IMG/VR virus record: IMGVR_UViG_3300027782_000025
Span: 124,001 to 188,000 of that record
Reading direction: 5' to 3' (one strand)
DNA length: 64,000 nt
The number at the start of each line of letters is the position of its first letter. Position 1 is the stretch's first letter. The notes under the pieces were generated by a model, which did no database searches, was not told where the DNA came from, and saw only the letters and a program-made list of their open reading frames with translations. Of this stretch, positions 20,503 to 29,318 are shown in pieces. Made by a program: the position numbers and the translations under genes.

Positions 20503-21045
20503 TTAATCTTCAGCATAAAGAGCAAAATCGTAAGATATGGTAGCTTCTACTACTTTTATATCACTGCTAGTATATGATAGATCACCGAATTTTATAGATT
20601 TTGGCCAACTTTGGTTTAAAGTGTAAGTCTGGCGTGAAGAAACAGACGGCGTATAAACCAATATTTTACTTTCCTTCTTGTAAGAAGATGCCAAAGCCAT
20701 ACCATATTTAAATGTAAAGACTGAATTCATCCAGATTTTCATTATCTTTAATAGGCCGAAGTTATCATACCAAGTCATCGAAATATCGTCCCAATTTACT
20801 TTCTTGGCGAATTTATATTCGACACTAGAGCCTAAAACCTTTTCTTCTTCTACGGTAAACGTAGGTAGCTTGCAATCTTTAAGTGCCAATAAAGATTTAG
20901 GGCCTGGCTTGTTTTCTAATGTCTGATCCAATATTTTCGACACATCCCAAAAGAAATTTGTATAATACTCATCAGTAACAGTGTTTAAATTAAAGTTAAC
21001 AGGAGCTTTATTTTGCTTTGTGTCGCCGATAATAAATCCTGGCAA
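20503..21045 (-). CDS. Tail tube (gp19-like) paralog 3
   Basis: DCKLPTFTVEE, KFAKKVNWDDISMTWYD, WPKSIKFGDLSY; TTG start with AGGAG. Confidence 0.8.
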   Translation of the reverse strand: MPGFIIGDTKQNKAPVNFNLNTVTDEYYTNFFWDVSKILDQTLENKPGPKSLLALKDCKLPTFTVEEEKVLGSSVEYKFAKKVNWDDISMTWYDNFGLLKIMKIWMNSVFTFKYGMALASSYKKESKILVYTPSVSSRQTYTLNQSWPKSIKFGDLSYTSSDIKVVEATISYDFALYAED

Positions 21046-21075
21046 TTTTACTACTCCTATGATAACATGCTTTAG

Positions 21076-21714
21076 CTAATCAAAACCTGTCATATTTGGA
21101 CTTTTGGTCTCTTTAACATCTAAATAGCGTAAAGTAACGGATACGCTACCTATAGAATCAGCTTCATAATCAAGATTTGATGGTGTCACATTTAAAGGAA
21201 AGCAGTGGAATAGCTCATAAATATGTATGTATCGCCCTTTACCGTCTAATAGCGCTAGTTTAGCATCAAATGAATAGTCTTTAAATTTAGAATAAATGCT
21301 TTGCTCTGACTTAAAGACTAATTTTCTCATCCATTCATATATTCTAACAGCAGGACCGTCAGTCCAAGATATTGGTCCCAATATTTCGTTAAATTCTAGT
21401 TTAATAGGGTTGTGTTTAAATTTACCAGGCCTATACATAGTACGAGGCCCATTATGGATTGAAATTTCTTCAAAATCCATCGTGGGCCTATCACACTTTT
21501 TTAAATAAATTAAGAGATTTCCTGGTGCATCAGAAGACAAAGCACCATTGAAAGCCCGAGCATCAAGAGCAGGTAATAACTCAAACAGCCAGCGATAAGT
21601 TCTGGCTGTTTCTAATAAGTGATTAGGCGTGTTGGTAACTGCATAATCAATACTTTTATTACTTTTATCAGCATTACACTTCGATTTTTCAATCGGAATA
21701 TAAAATCCTGGCAT
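21076..21714 (-). CDS. Tail tube (gp19-like) paralog 2
   Basis: TYRWLFE, KCDRPTMDFEEI, PGKFKHNPIKLEF, LLDGKG, CFPLNVTPSNLDY. Confidence 0.8.
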   Translation of the reverse strand: MPGFYIPIEKSKCNADKSNKSIDYAVTNTPNHLLETARTYRWLFELLPALDARAFNGALSSDAPGNLLIYLKKCDRPTMDFEEISIHNGPRTMYRPGKFKHNPIKLEFNEILGPISWTDGPAVRIYEWMRKLVFKSEQSIYSKFKDYSFDAKLALLDGKGRYIHIYELFHCFPLNVTPSNLDYEADSIGSVSVTLRYLDVKETKSPNMTGFD

Positions 21715-21729
21715 AAAATATTACGCCTT

Positions 21730-22320
21730 TTAGCTAGGCTGTGAGCAATTCGAGCCCAAAGGACCAGGAATTTGAGGATTAGCGCACTTGCGGATAGCTC
21801 TATCGTATCGCATGGTCGCATCGCAAGTCAAGATAGCATCGCCGGTATAGTCTAGTTCTTGCCAATTAAAATTGGTTGGCCAAGTACCATACATATCCCA
21901 TTGCTCATTGGTATTACCCGCCCCATCAACCAATTTAAGGGTTGCTGTCTTTTTATAATTCTTAGGGTGGTTTACGCCAATAGTGTCCAAGCGACAAACT
22001 GACTCTAGCCAAACATACAAGCCCTGAGATATATTAGGATCTTGTTCTACATCATACCAAGTCAAAGTACATGCTTCCCATTCTTGCTTACCAGCGTAAT
22101 AAGCCTTTTCCTGTTGGTGCTGCATGTCTAGTTCAGAGAATTTAAATGTTGGTCTCTTGGCTTTTTGTAATACCAACAGCTCCTTGGGAGTCCAAGCTGA
22201 CCCGCCTCGGCCGATGGTTTCGAAGTACCATCGGTATGTCCTTCTAGTTTCCATGACGTTTGAAGGCGAATTTGCTCCAAACATCCCACCACCGATCTGT
22301 CCAATATTAAATCCTGGCAT
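21730..22320 (-). CDS. Major tail tube protein (gp19-like)
   Basis: RRTYRWYF, AKRPTFKF, YYAGKQEWEACTLTWYD, YKKTATLKLVDGAG, WPTNFNWQELDY; directly downstream of the sheath gene. Confidence 0.88.
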   Translation of the reverse strand: MPGFNIGQIGGGMFGANSPSNVMETRRTYRWYFETIGRGGSAWTPKELLVLQKAKRPTFKFSELDMQHQQEKAYYAGKQEWEACTLTWYDVEQDPNISQGLYVWLESVCRLDTIGVNHPKNYKKTATLKLVDGAGNTNEQWDMYGTWPTNFNWQELDYTGDAILTCDATMRYDRAIRKCANPQIPGPLGSNCSQPS

Positions 22321-22343
22321 TATGAATCTCCTTTAGAATGTTT

Positions 22344-25235
22344 TTAGATAGTTACAAGGCCAGCAGCAGCCAAAGACTCTTCTGCTGCAAAAGAAGCACC
22401 AGTCTTCAATACAGCCATGTTTAGAACAATAAATTCGACGGACTTGGTAGGTTGTAAGAACACCGAAACCCACAGTTCATTCCTGTCAATCCTTTCAGGA
22501 GTATTGTTTGATGCATCAACGACCACTTTATAGCCAGTTAGACCCCTTCTTGAAGCAATCTCCGAAAGGAAAGGGTTTACTACACTAAAAACCTGCGCCC
22601 AAAGAGTGCGGTCATTAGGTTCGAAAATGAACTGTCGTAAAATGGAGGTCAAATTCTTCTTGATATAAATCATTAACATTCTAACATTAACTCTATCGAG
22701 AGCAGTTGGTGAACGTTGAAGTGTTCGCTGGCCCCAGACAACTATGCCATCCTGAGCGAAGCTAACAATTGGGTTAACACTATTACCAGATCCATATAAC
22801 AAATCCCTTTCGGACTGGGTGGGGTTGTATTCAACAGCAAGGGCTGTTTGAATCCTACCACGTCGTAGACCGGCTGGTGCAAACCAAACTTCAGTATTCT
22901 GGGCAGTCCTTGAGAAAATACCTGCGACATGGCCAGAAGGAGGTACCCAGCGTTCTTCAGCGCTGAATTGGTCAAAGATTCTTAGCCAACTCCAATACAA
23001 AGCACCATACGAACTATTAATTGCATGATCAAGGTCATCATAGAGAAGACCATTATGCCAATCAATAGCCTGCTGTGGTCTTAGTCCAATTGGAGGATCT
23101 ACTAAGAATAAAACATCGCCTCGATTTTCGCAAAGCTGCAGCGCAGATCCGATCACAGCACCAGAGCTAAACCCAGGAATAGCAAGTAACATAATATCAA
23201 AAGCTTCTGGGTTTTGGAAAGCATAAAGTCCAGAACTTGTGGCGGGATTTCCAATGACTGCAGCATCAAGGTATGTCGCTGAATCTGCTGGGTCGGTTGG
23301 AATACCATTAGCCATGCCTCTAAACTGTCTATTGCTAAAAGAGGCTGGTTGCCTGATCTCGCCGTCACCAACATAGGAAGGACGTTCGATCCAATTTATG
23401 GTCCCATTGCCATTATTACCACCTATCGATGAACCAGGGTTAATGATATTGGCGATATAACGAGCATCAGCAGGATCGAATGAAACATCAGATATGGAAT
23501 CGACAGCATAACCAGACGAATCTTTAACAGTAATAATATATTTCTGGCTTGTTGAAGCATTGTTAGTATTAACAAGCTGTACACCGACCGTAAAGCCAGA
23601 ATACGTGTCTCTAACTGCGTCATATTTTCCGACCCACGTTCCAGCAGAAGTACCGACAAACCAACCCACAATGCTCTGATAATACGCAGCATCTTGGGCA
23701 CATTCGTCAGAAGTAGGATCTGTTACACATGATAGAGGTACTGTAGGATCATCGCTTTCCACAGGCATTAGAACACGTTCGTCTGAAAATCCGCGGTATG
23801 CTCCACCATAAGGGTAAAGCAAACCGACTTCTTCAGTAAAGCGTAAAGATTTAATATTAGTATAATTAGCTAGTAAAAACAAAGAATCTAATTCGTTGTT
23901 CGGCGTAGTAGCGATTACAATTACCATACCGGAAGAGTTCGGTACATTAATAGCAAAGGATTCATAATAATCCAATCCAGCCACCGTACCAAAGACATTT
24001 AATTGGCCAGCAATATTATCGGCTGTCTGGGCTAAACCAGCTACCAGATTTGCGGTAATAGTAAAGCTCGAAGAAGGAGATACTATCTTTAAAACCAATT
24101 GGTTATTGTCGGTGGTTATGTCATAAGGATCAGTCTTGGTTGAAATCACTCGCGCTCGTGGTATATCATATTGATACAACGAGACTCCAAGCGTTAAAGA
24201 CCAAGCTTCGCCATTGACTATTTGAATCCTATCGCCGTTTGCTGTCGATCTTATCTGTGGCACCACTGCCCCCGATTCATCAACCGCTGCAACAAACACA
24301 AAGTCGTGGCCGCCAGTGGTACCTAGCACATTATTTAAAGCATCGACTAGATCAGCAGTATTATCATAAGTCCCAGCACCAATGACATCATCATATGAAT
24401 GTGCTATGCCTTCGACAGCGATCCTAAATTTTCTATTATTAGGAGTTAGTTCGAATTGGAACATATCACCAGCACTAATTCGACCAGCGCTAACTGTGAT
24501 GATACCTGAAAGTATAGCACCCTGCACCACAAAAGAGCTAGAAGTGCCGGTGTTCGAACCATCAACCAGAGTACCTTCGGCGACTAGATAGCTCGGATCT
24601 GAGCTGTCATAAGAAGTGTCAACAACACGATAGTCGGCACCGTTTATCTTATAATGTGAATTGGTCGCAGGGTTTATATCTGTGTTACTAGTAACTTCTA
24701 AAACATAAGTAGCTGACAAGACACCGGCATAAGTCCCAGAGACTGAAAGACTAGCTTCTGTTGTGGGAGAAGTAGACTCTGAGGTAGCATTTTGGAATAT
24801 TGGTGTCGATATGCTGGCATTATGAAATACAACGGGATCAGCAACTGTTGGCCTACGTAAGTTAATTCTACCGTAGTCGATTCCAGTGAAGACTGGAATT
24901 CGACCCCAGCCGTACGTTCGGTTAGGAGTGTTATCGATGCTAATGTCTATCAATCTTGTTGGTAAAGCGGTAGAATATTCTACACCAACTCTCATTATAT
25001 AACAAGAATCGCCATCTTCCATGTATGCAAGAACCGCATACATGAGATAACTTTCTACAAACGGTGTGCCGAAAGTATTGATTGCAGATTCAGCGCCAGA
25101 AATAAACGTGGGGGTATTTATTGGTCCTCGTTGAGCAGTACCGATGAAAGCGGGGCGAAGCGGCCCAGCGTTAGAAGCTACAAGCGAAAGGTCTATTTCA
25201 CGAGGATATACACCAGGTGATAGATATACTGCCAT
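22344..25235 (-). CDS. Contractile tail sheath protein (gp18-like) with large inserted domains
   Basis: MAVYLSPGVYPREIDLS, PPSGHVAG, VWFAPAGLRRG, VNPI, WGQRTLQ, DRVNVR, QPTKSVEFI. Confidence 0.95.
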   Translation of the reverse strand: MAVYLSPGVYPREIDLSLVASNAGPLRPAFIGTAQRGPINTPTFISGAESAINTFGTPFVESYLMYAVLAYMEDGDSCYIMRVGVEYSTALPTRLIDISIDNTPNRTYGWGRIPVFTGIDYGRINLRRPTVADPVVFHNASISTPIFQNATSESTSPTTEASLSVSGTYAGVLSATYVLEVTSNTDINPATNSHYKINGADYRVVDTSYDSSDPSYLVAEGTLVDGSNTGTSSSFVVQGAILSGIITVSAGRISAGDMFQFELTPNNRKFRIAVEGIAHSYDDVIGAGTYDNTADLVDALNNVLGTTGGHDFVFVAAVDESGAVVPQIRSTANGDRIQIVNGEAWSLTLGVSLYQYDIPRARVISTKTDPYDITTDNNQLVLKIVSPSSSFTITANLVAGLAQTADNIAGQLNVFGTVAGLDYYESFAINVPNSSGMVIVIATTPNNELDSLFLLANYTNIKSLRFTEEVGLLYPYGGAYRGFSDERVLMPVESDDPTVPLSCVTDPTSDECAQDAAYYQSIVGWFVGTSAGTWVGKYDAVRDTYSGFTVGVQLVNTNNASTSQKYIITVKDSSGYAVDSISDVSFDPADARYIANIINPGSSIGGNNGNGTINWIERPSYVGDGEIRQPASFSNRQFRGMANGIPTDPADSATYLDAAVIGNPATSSGLYAFQNPEAFDIMLLAIPGFSSGAVIGSALQLCENRGDVLFLVDPPIGLRPQQAIDWHNGLLYDDLDHAINSSYGALYWSWLRIFDQFSAEERWVPPSGHVAGIFSRTAQNTEVWFAPAGLRRGRIQTALAVEYNPTQSERDLLYGSGNSVNPIVSFAQDGIVVWGQRTLQRSPTALDRVNVRMLMIYIKKNLTSILRQFIFEPNDRTLWAQVFSVVNPFLSEIASRRGLTGYKVVVDASNNTPERIDRNELWVSVFLQPTKSVEFIVLNMAVLKTGASFAAEESLAAAGLVTI

Positions 25236-25273
25236 ATTTAACTCCTCTTTTTTTAATGCTGTTCCAACTTACA

Positions 25274-25588
25274 TTAATTTTGCTTAGAATTTTTCGAACC
25301 AGAATCATAGATTATCTTAATAAATCCCTTTTTTTGAAGATTTTCCATCTGGTCTTCTCTTAAATGGTCGAGGGGCAATAAAGCATGCTGTCCAGGATTT
25401 AGACGAATTTGTTGTTCATAACGATAAAAGCTCGTGCCGGGGGGGCGCATTTGAAGTGGAATCATCTGTTTGCAACTGTTAAAAACTCTAACCATTCTTG
25501 TAGATTTAACGTCCTCAATAACAGCGTCCTGTACAGAAGGACGTCTAACTATTTTATTAGATTTTTGTTTTTTCTTTCTGTCTTCCAT
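25274..25588 (-). CDS. Hypothetical protein upstream of the sheath gene
   Basis: 104 aa; AGAG Shine-Dalgarno-like sequence; tightly packed with neighbours. Confidence 0.7.
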   Translation of the reverse strand: MEDRKKKQKSNKIVRRPSVQDAVIEDVKSTRMVRVFNSCKQMIPLQMRPPGTSFYRYEQQIRLNPGQHALLPLDHLREDQMENLQKKGFIKIIYDSGSKNSKQN

Positions 25589-25599
25589 TATTTATTCTC

Positions 25600-26376
25600 T
25601 TAAGTAGGTGTATAATATGCTGTTACTTGGCCGACAACGGTTGGTACCACCACTTGAGGCAATGGCAACCAAGCTTCCGCTGTAAAACTGAAATCATATT
25701 TAACCTTGGCCATAGAATCATTGCCTATTTCTTTATCACTATTATCAGCGGCACTGTTTAACTTCATCTGCACATTTCCGACAAGCTTCCCGTCGAACAT
25801 TCGCAGCTCTGCCAATGGATTAAAACGCGTCAAAACTTGATATAATATGTACTCTGCATCTCTCTTGTGTTCAGCCCAGACACCCATTTCATAGGTAACA
25901 TTGTAGGGAACTGGACGATAAAGCTTTGCCACCATAGAACCAGAGGTGTTTAAATACCTATTACCCATTGATAAATAAGTAGGACTAAATTTATCTTTAT
26001 TAAATTCGTGCGACGTCCGGCTAATAGCAGCGACAGGTAATTTGGTTCTACCGTCTTTTAAATCTCCTCGCCAGACTAAAATCGATTTGCTACCGCCAGC
26101 TATCCTAACCTTCATGAATCTGTAGGCATCTTTAGTAGGAACCCTTATACCGGTCCAATATTGCTTAACTGCTTCGTCAAGCGCCCTGAACCCAGGCGTA
26201 ATAAAATCCTCAACGTATTGAGGATAAGTTTTATATTCATCGCCCGTTAATGTCAGTCTGCCGCCCTGACTGTCGCTAAGCTGGCTCACTGCTGCATCCC
26301 TTGGAAGCCCGAAGGGAACATTTTGCAGCGTTTGCGGATTTATAGTGGTATCATGATTAAAATCATAGAGCGCCAT
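25600..26376 (-). CDS. Tail terminator / sheath stabiliser, gp15-like
   Basis: PVPYNVTYEMGVWAEHKRDAEYILYQVLTRFNP resembles the gp15 motif PVPYN...QI.EQILP.F.P. Confidence 0.8.
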   Translation of the reverse strand: MALYDFNHDTTINPQTLQNVPFGLPRDAAVSQLSDSQGGRLTLTGDEYKTYPQYVEDFITPGFRALDEAVKQYWTGIRVPTKDAYRFMKVRIAGGSKSILVWRGDLKDGRTKLPVAAISRTSHEFNKDKFSPTYLSMGNRYLNTSGSMVAKLYRPVPYNVTYEMGVWAEHKRDAEYILYQVLTRFNPLAELRMFDGKLVGNVQMKLNSAADNSDKEIGNDSMAKVKYDFSFTAEAWLPLPQVVVPTVVGQVTAYYTPT

Positions 26377-26671
26377 AGGTTTTTACCATTTCTGTGATTT
26401 TGGTGGCATCTAAATCTCTTATATAATGTTCAGTGTCGGTTTTTTGGGCTTTAAGCTCATCGACCGTCGGATATTCTTTTTTACCAACCAACACCTTTTC
26501 TACTATACCAGCATTATCTGTAGAATCCGAAATTTCTACTTGAATATCCATTTTGGATTTAAATTCGTCCTTTATACCTTCAGATACAGCTGGTATAATC
26601 TCTTTTATTTTAGCCATAGCCAATAATTTCATTTTCCTTATATCATCAGAGAGACTCACGGTAAGCTCCAT
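26363..26671 (-). CDS. Hypothetical protein
   Basis: 102 aa, overlapping both neck/tail neighbours on the same strand. Confidence 0.6.
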   Translation of the reverse strand: MELTVSLSDDIRKMKLLAMAKIKEIIPAVSEGIKDEFKSKMDIQVEISDSTDNAGIVEKVLVGKKEYPTVDELKAQKTDTEHYIRDLDATKITEMVKTYGAL

Positions 26672-27272
26672 TGGTCTTAATTATTTCTATATCGCCCACT
26701 ATATCTTTTATAGGTCTTACAGTGATATCAGCAGTAATAGATTCTAACTTACACGAAAGATAAAGCCAATTATAGCGGAAATTGCCGGAAGGTGCAGCGT
26801 TGGTTACTCTAAAGAAACGAGGTGCTAAGTCTACTTGAGCGCTATTGTAAGGAATTCTAATCACATCACCAGCCCGCAACATCCTTTCGCGGCAGACCAT
26901 ATATATTTGTCTGTGGCTTAGAGATATTTCCATTTTATTTTCTACATCTACACCAGATTTTTTTAGTTCTAACTCTATCGGAGAAGGCTTAAAAAATGCT
27001 TTGATCTTAAATGGATTCCAATATGTAGGGTCGGCGTCTTCTTCCCACACTTCACTAACGTCATCATTATTTGTTCTTAAAAAAATGTTAACTTCTGCGC
27101 CGACTATATTTATGCTCTCATCGACTAATTTTCTTGCCATTTTTAAATCTGGCGCTTCATTGTCAAACAATGAAAGCGGTGAATTGGTTTGTTCTATATC
27201 ACTCCTAAAATCCTTGGCCGCCGTCATAAAGTCAGGGATATCATCTACGCTTGAAAATCTTTTTTGAGTCAT
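26646..27272 (-). CDS. Neck / head-closure protein, gp14-like
   Basis: KLVDESINIVG, EVWEED, RAGDVIRIPY; start refined to the ATG at 27272 behind GGAGG. Confidence 0.75.
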   Translation of the reverse strand: MTQKRFSSVDDIPDFMTAAKDFRSDIEQTNSPLSLFDNEAPDLKMARKLVDESINIVGAEVNIFLRTNNDDVSEVWEEDADPTYWNPFKIKAFFKPSPIELELKKSGVDVENKMEISLSHRQIYMVCRERMLRAGDVIRIPYNSAQVDLAPRFFRVTNAAPSGNFRYNWLYLSCKLESITADITVRPIKDIVGDIEIIKTNGAYRESL

Positions 27273-27468
27273 TGGTGCCTCCTGCAGTATATTTATCTTT
27301 ATCATCATCTAGCAATAACCAGTGGTGGGCTGTTTTATCCTTAGCCACATCAATAGCCGCCTGCTCAGTATCCAATCTATGAATTATTATACCATCGCTG
27401 TTAAACTCAAAATAGTCTTTCCCATCCAGTGTCCAAACGGAGAAAGAAGCTTCGAAATTTTCAATCAT
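27241..27468 (-). CDS. Hypothetical protein (75 aa)
   Basis: GGAG-N8-ATG at 27468 (MIENFEASF...). The longer ORF-track start is probably an over-extension. Confidence 0.6.
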   Translation of the reverse strand: MIENFEASFSVWTLDGKDYFEFNSDGIIIHRLDTEQAAIDVAKDKTAHHWLLLDDDKDKYTAGGTNDSKKIFKRR

Positions 27469-27480
27469 CAAAAATACTCC

Positions 27481-27648
27481 ATGAAGATTAAAGAAATAAT
27501 CAATGAAATCCAATATAAATCCCCGACTACGTTCTTGGATCGGCAAAATCCTAGCGAGTACGATATTAGTAGTATTGGTGACCCATATGAATGGCATCGA
27601 AACGGAGGTAATAAAAAAACCAAGCCAAAACGCCCTAAAAAATCCTAA
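27481..27648 (+). CDS. Small hypothetical protein with a basic tail (55 aa)
   Basis: MKIKEIINEIQYK...KKTKPKRPKKS; fills the gap to the next convergent gene. Confidence 0.5.
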   Translation: MKIKEIINEIQYKSPTTFLDRQNPSEYDISSIGDPYEWHRNGGNKKTKPKRPKKS

Positions 27649-27971
27649 TCGCAATCAATTTCTTCATCTCTTGTCTTAAAAACAGAATTCTTTTTAGTGC
27701 TATGTAACTTCGCCAAATCATTCTCTGCTCTTATTCTTGGTGTAGCGACATTCCAAACATAATAATTTAATATATCGGTTTCAGTAGCATTACGTGGGCC
27801 GACATTTAGCATATGCCTAACGGTACGATCGCCGGTGCCAGGCACTTTCTCTATGATCTCTTGTATATTTTTGGGTTTTAGATTACAATATTGATTTAAT
27901 GTAAAATTGTTTGCTTCAAGTAGAGCATTGTAGGCCGGCTTTGCTATTTTATATGCGCCCCTCATTATCAT
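27645..27971 (-). CDS. Hypothetical protein
   Basis: 108 aa; ATGA-type overlap with dut. Confidence 0.6.
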   Translation of the reverse strand: MIMRGAYKIAKPAYNALLEANNFTLNQYCNLKPKNIQEIIEKVPGTGDRTVRHMLNVGPRNATETDILNYYVWNVATPRIRAENDLAKLHSTKKNSVFKTRDEEIDCD

Positions 27972-28528
27972 TTTCTTCCGGTAGAGCCAAAACCACCATC
28001 ATTGCGCGCTGTGTGATCAACGACACCAGCAATGATCTCTGGTTTAACTATACATTCGAGCATTGCTTGGGCGATACGGTCACCGTGGTTTATAGTTTGG
28101 GCGATATCGGAATTGTTTTTTATAGAAATAAAGATCTCACCACGATAATCAGAATCAACGATCCCTACTTGGTTAGCTAGATTGAGACCATTTAAACCGA
28201 TAGAAGATCTGATATATAATTTTAACACTAAATCTGAAGCAAATGATGCTTTATATCCAGTCGGTATCAAAATGGTTTCGGTGGGATGAATATATAACCG
28301 AGACATTTCTGATTCTTCAGAAGTAATATCGTCTAGTGCTTCGATATACTTCCTTAAATTTGTAGCATATGCATTATATAAAAAATGCTTTTTTCTTCCA
28401 TTTAGTAAGCATTCAGACATCCGGCGTGTTAAACATGCTGATATGTCAAAACACGCTGAGCCGCTTGTCTCGAATTTCGGCAGCGGCAAATCGTTACCAT
28501 TTAGCCTTTCTAAAGTTATTTTATACAT
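27968..28528 (-). CDS. dut: Trimeric dUTPase with an insertion
   Basis: All five motifs present: ACFDI, RSSIG, GIVDSDYRGEI, GDRIAQ, RNDGGFGSTG. Confidence 0.95.
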   Translation of the reverse strand: MYKITLERLNGNDLPLPKFETSGSACFDISACLTRRMSECLLNGRKKHFLYNAYATNLRKYIEALDDITSEESEMSRLYIHPTETILIPTGYKASFASDLVLKLYIRSSIGLNGLNLANQVGIVDSDYRGEIFISIKNNSDIAQTINHGDRIAQAMLECIVKPEIIAGVVDHTARNDGGFGSTGRK

Positions 28529-29318
28529 AAGGCTCCTCAGTAATCTCTACATATCCCTCATGTGGCCCTACATGTAAACCATGGAAAAAAGCGCCATATT
28601 TTGGCAGTAATAATTTATAAATCTTGTCAAAAACATACCGCATTTCCCATTCTGCATGGCGGGAAGTACGCATCAAAAGTATGTGTCTTAATTCTCGGAC
28701 ATTGACAGTAAAACCTATGTCATTAGCACACATATTAGGCAGGATTCGCCTGATAGAACTGGTTAATTTTTTCTTTTCGTCGAACCTTATAGTAGAATCG
28801 ATATCTAATTCATAATCTAATTCATCGTAACCGGCGCAGATATTCTCTAAGATAGCGTCGATCTTTTTTGAATGCTCTATATCTGGGCTAAGAACAACAC
28901 GTATAACATCCTCTCTGATGTAACGACCAGAATTTTGACTAAACGCAGTACCGACTCTGTGCCTAACAAGTTCATGGGTAAAAATCCTTGAACAGTCTCT
29001 AATAATAAAATTAAAGAATACATGTTCAAAGATACTACCATGCTTGACATCAAAACAGCCTTTAATATTATCCTTTATGGATCTTGTTCTAGTGATGTTT
29101 TTATTTGTCCCAACAACGAATGACTTGTAACATAACTTAGCATATACAGAACAAATAATCTCCATATCAGACACACCAGAAAATCTAGCTTCTTCGATCT
29201 CTCTAACAAATGGCTTGGCATCAGTATCTTCTAAATACTTTGTCAATTGATCTAAGTCCAATGTAGTTTGGCCTATAAGATAAGCGGTCGGAAACACGCG
29301 TTCGATTCGACTATTCAT
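28521..29318 (-). CDS. thyX: FAD-dependent thymidylate synthase
   Basis: HGSIFEH and HELVRHRVGTAFSQNSGRY match the ThyX RHR-x7-S motif; HAEWEMR. Confidence 0.95.
   Translation of the reverse strand: MNSRIERVFPTAYLIGQTTLDLDQLTKYLEDTDAKPFVREIEEARFSGVSDMEIICSVYAKLCYKSFVVGTNKNITRTRSIKDNIKGCFDVKHGSIFEHVFFNFIIRDCSRIFTHELVRHRVGTAFSQNSGRYIREDVIRVVLSPDIEHSKKIDAILENICAGYDELDYELDIDSTIRFDEKKKLTSSIRRILPNMCANDIGFTVNVRELRHILLMRTSRHAEWEMRYVFDKIYKLLLPKYGAFFHGLHVGPHEGYVEITEEPYV

Noticed and set aside
5296-26376. Bacterial eCIS/T6SS or tailocin rather than phage
   Set aside because: A neck gene, primase, RNR, gp46/47 and a late sigma-like factor are interleaved, and no host housekeeping genes are present.
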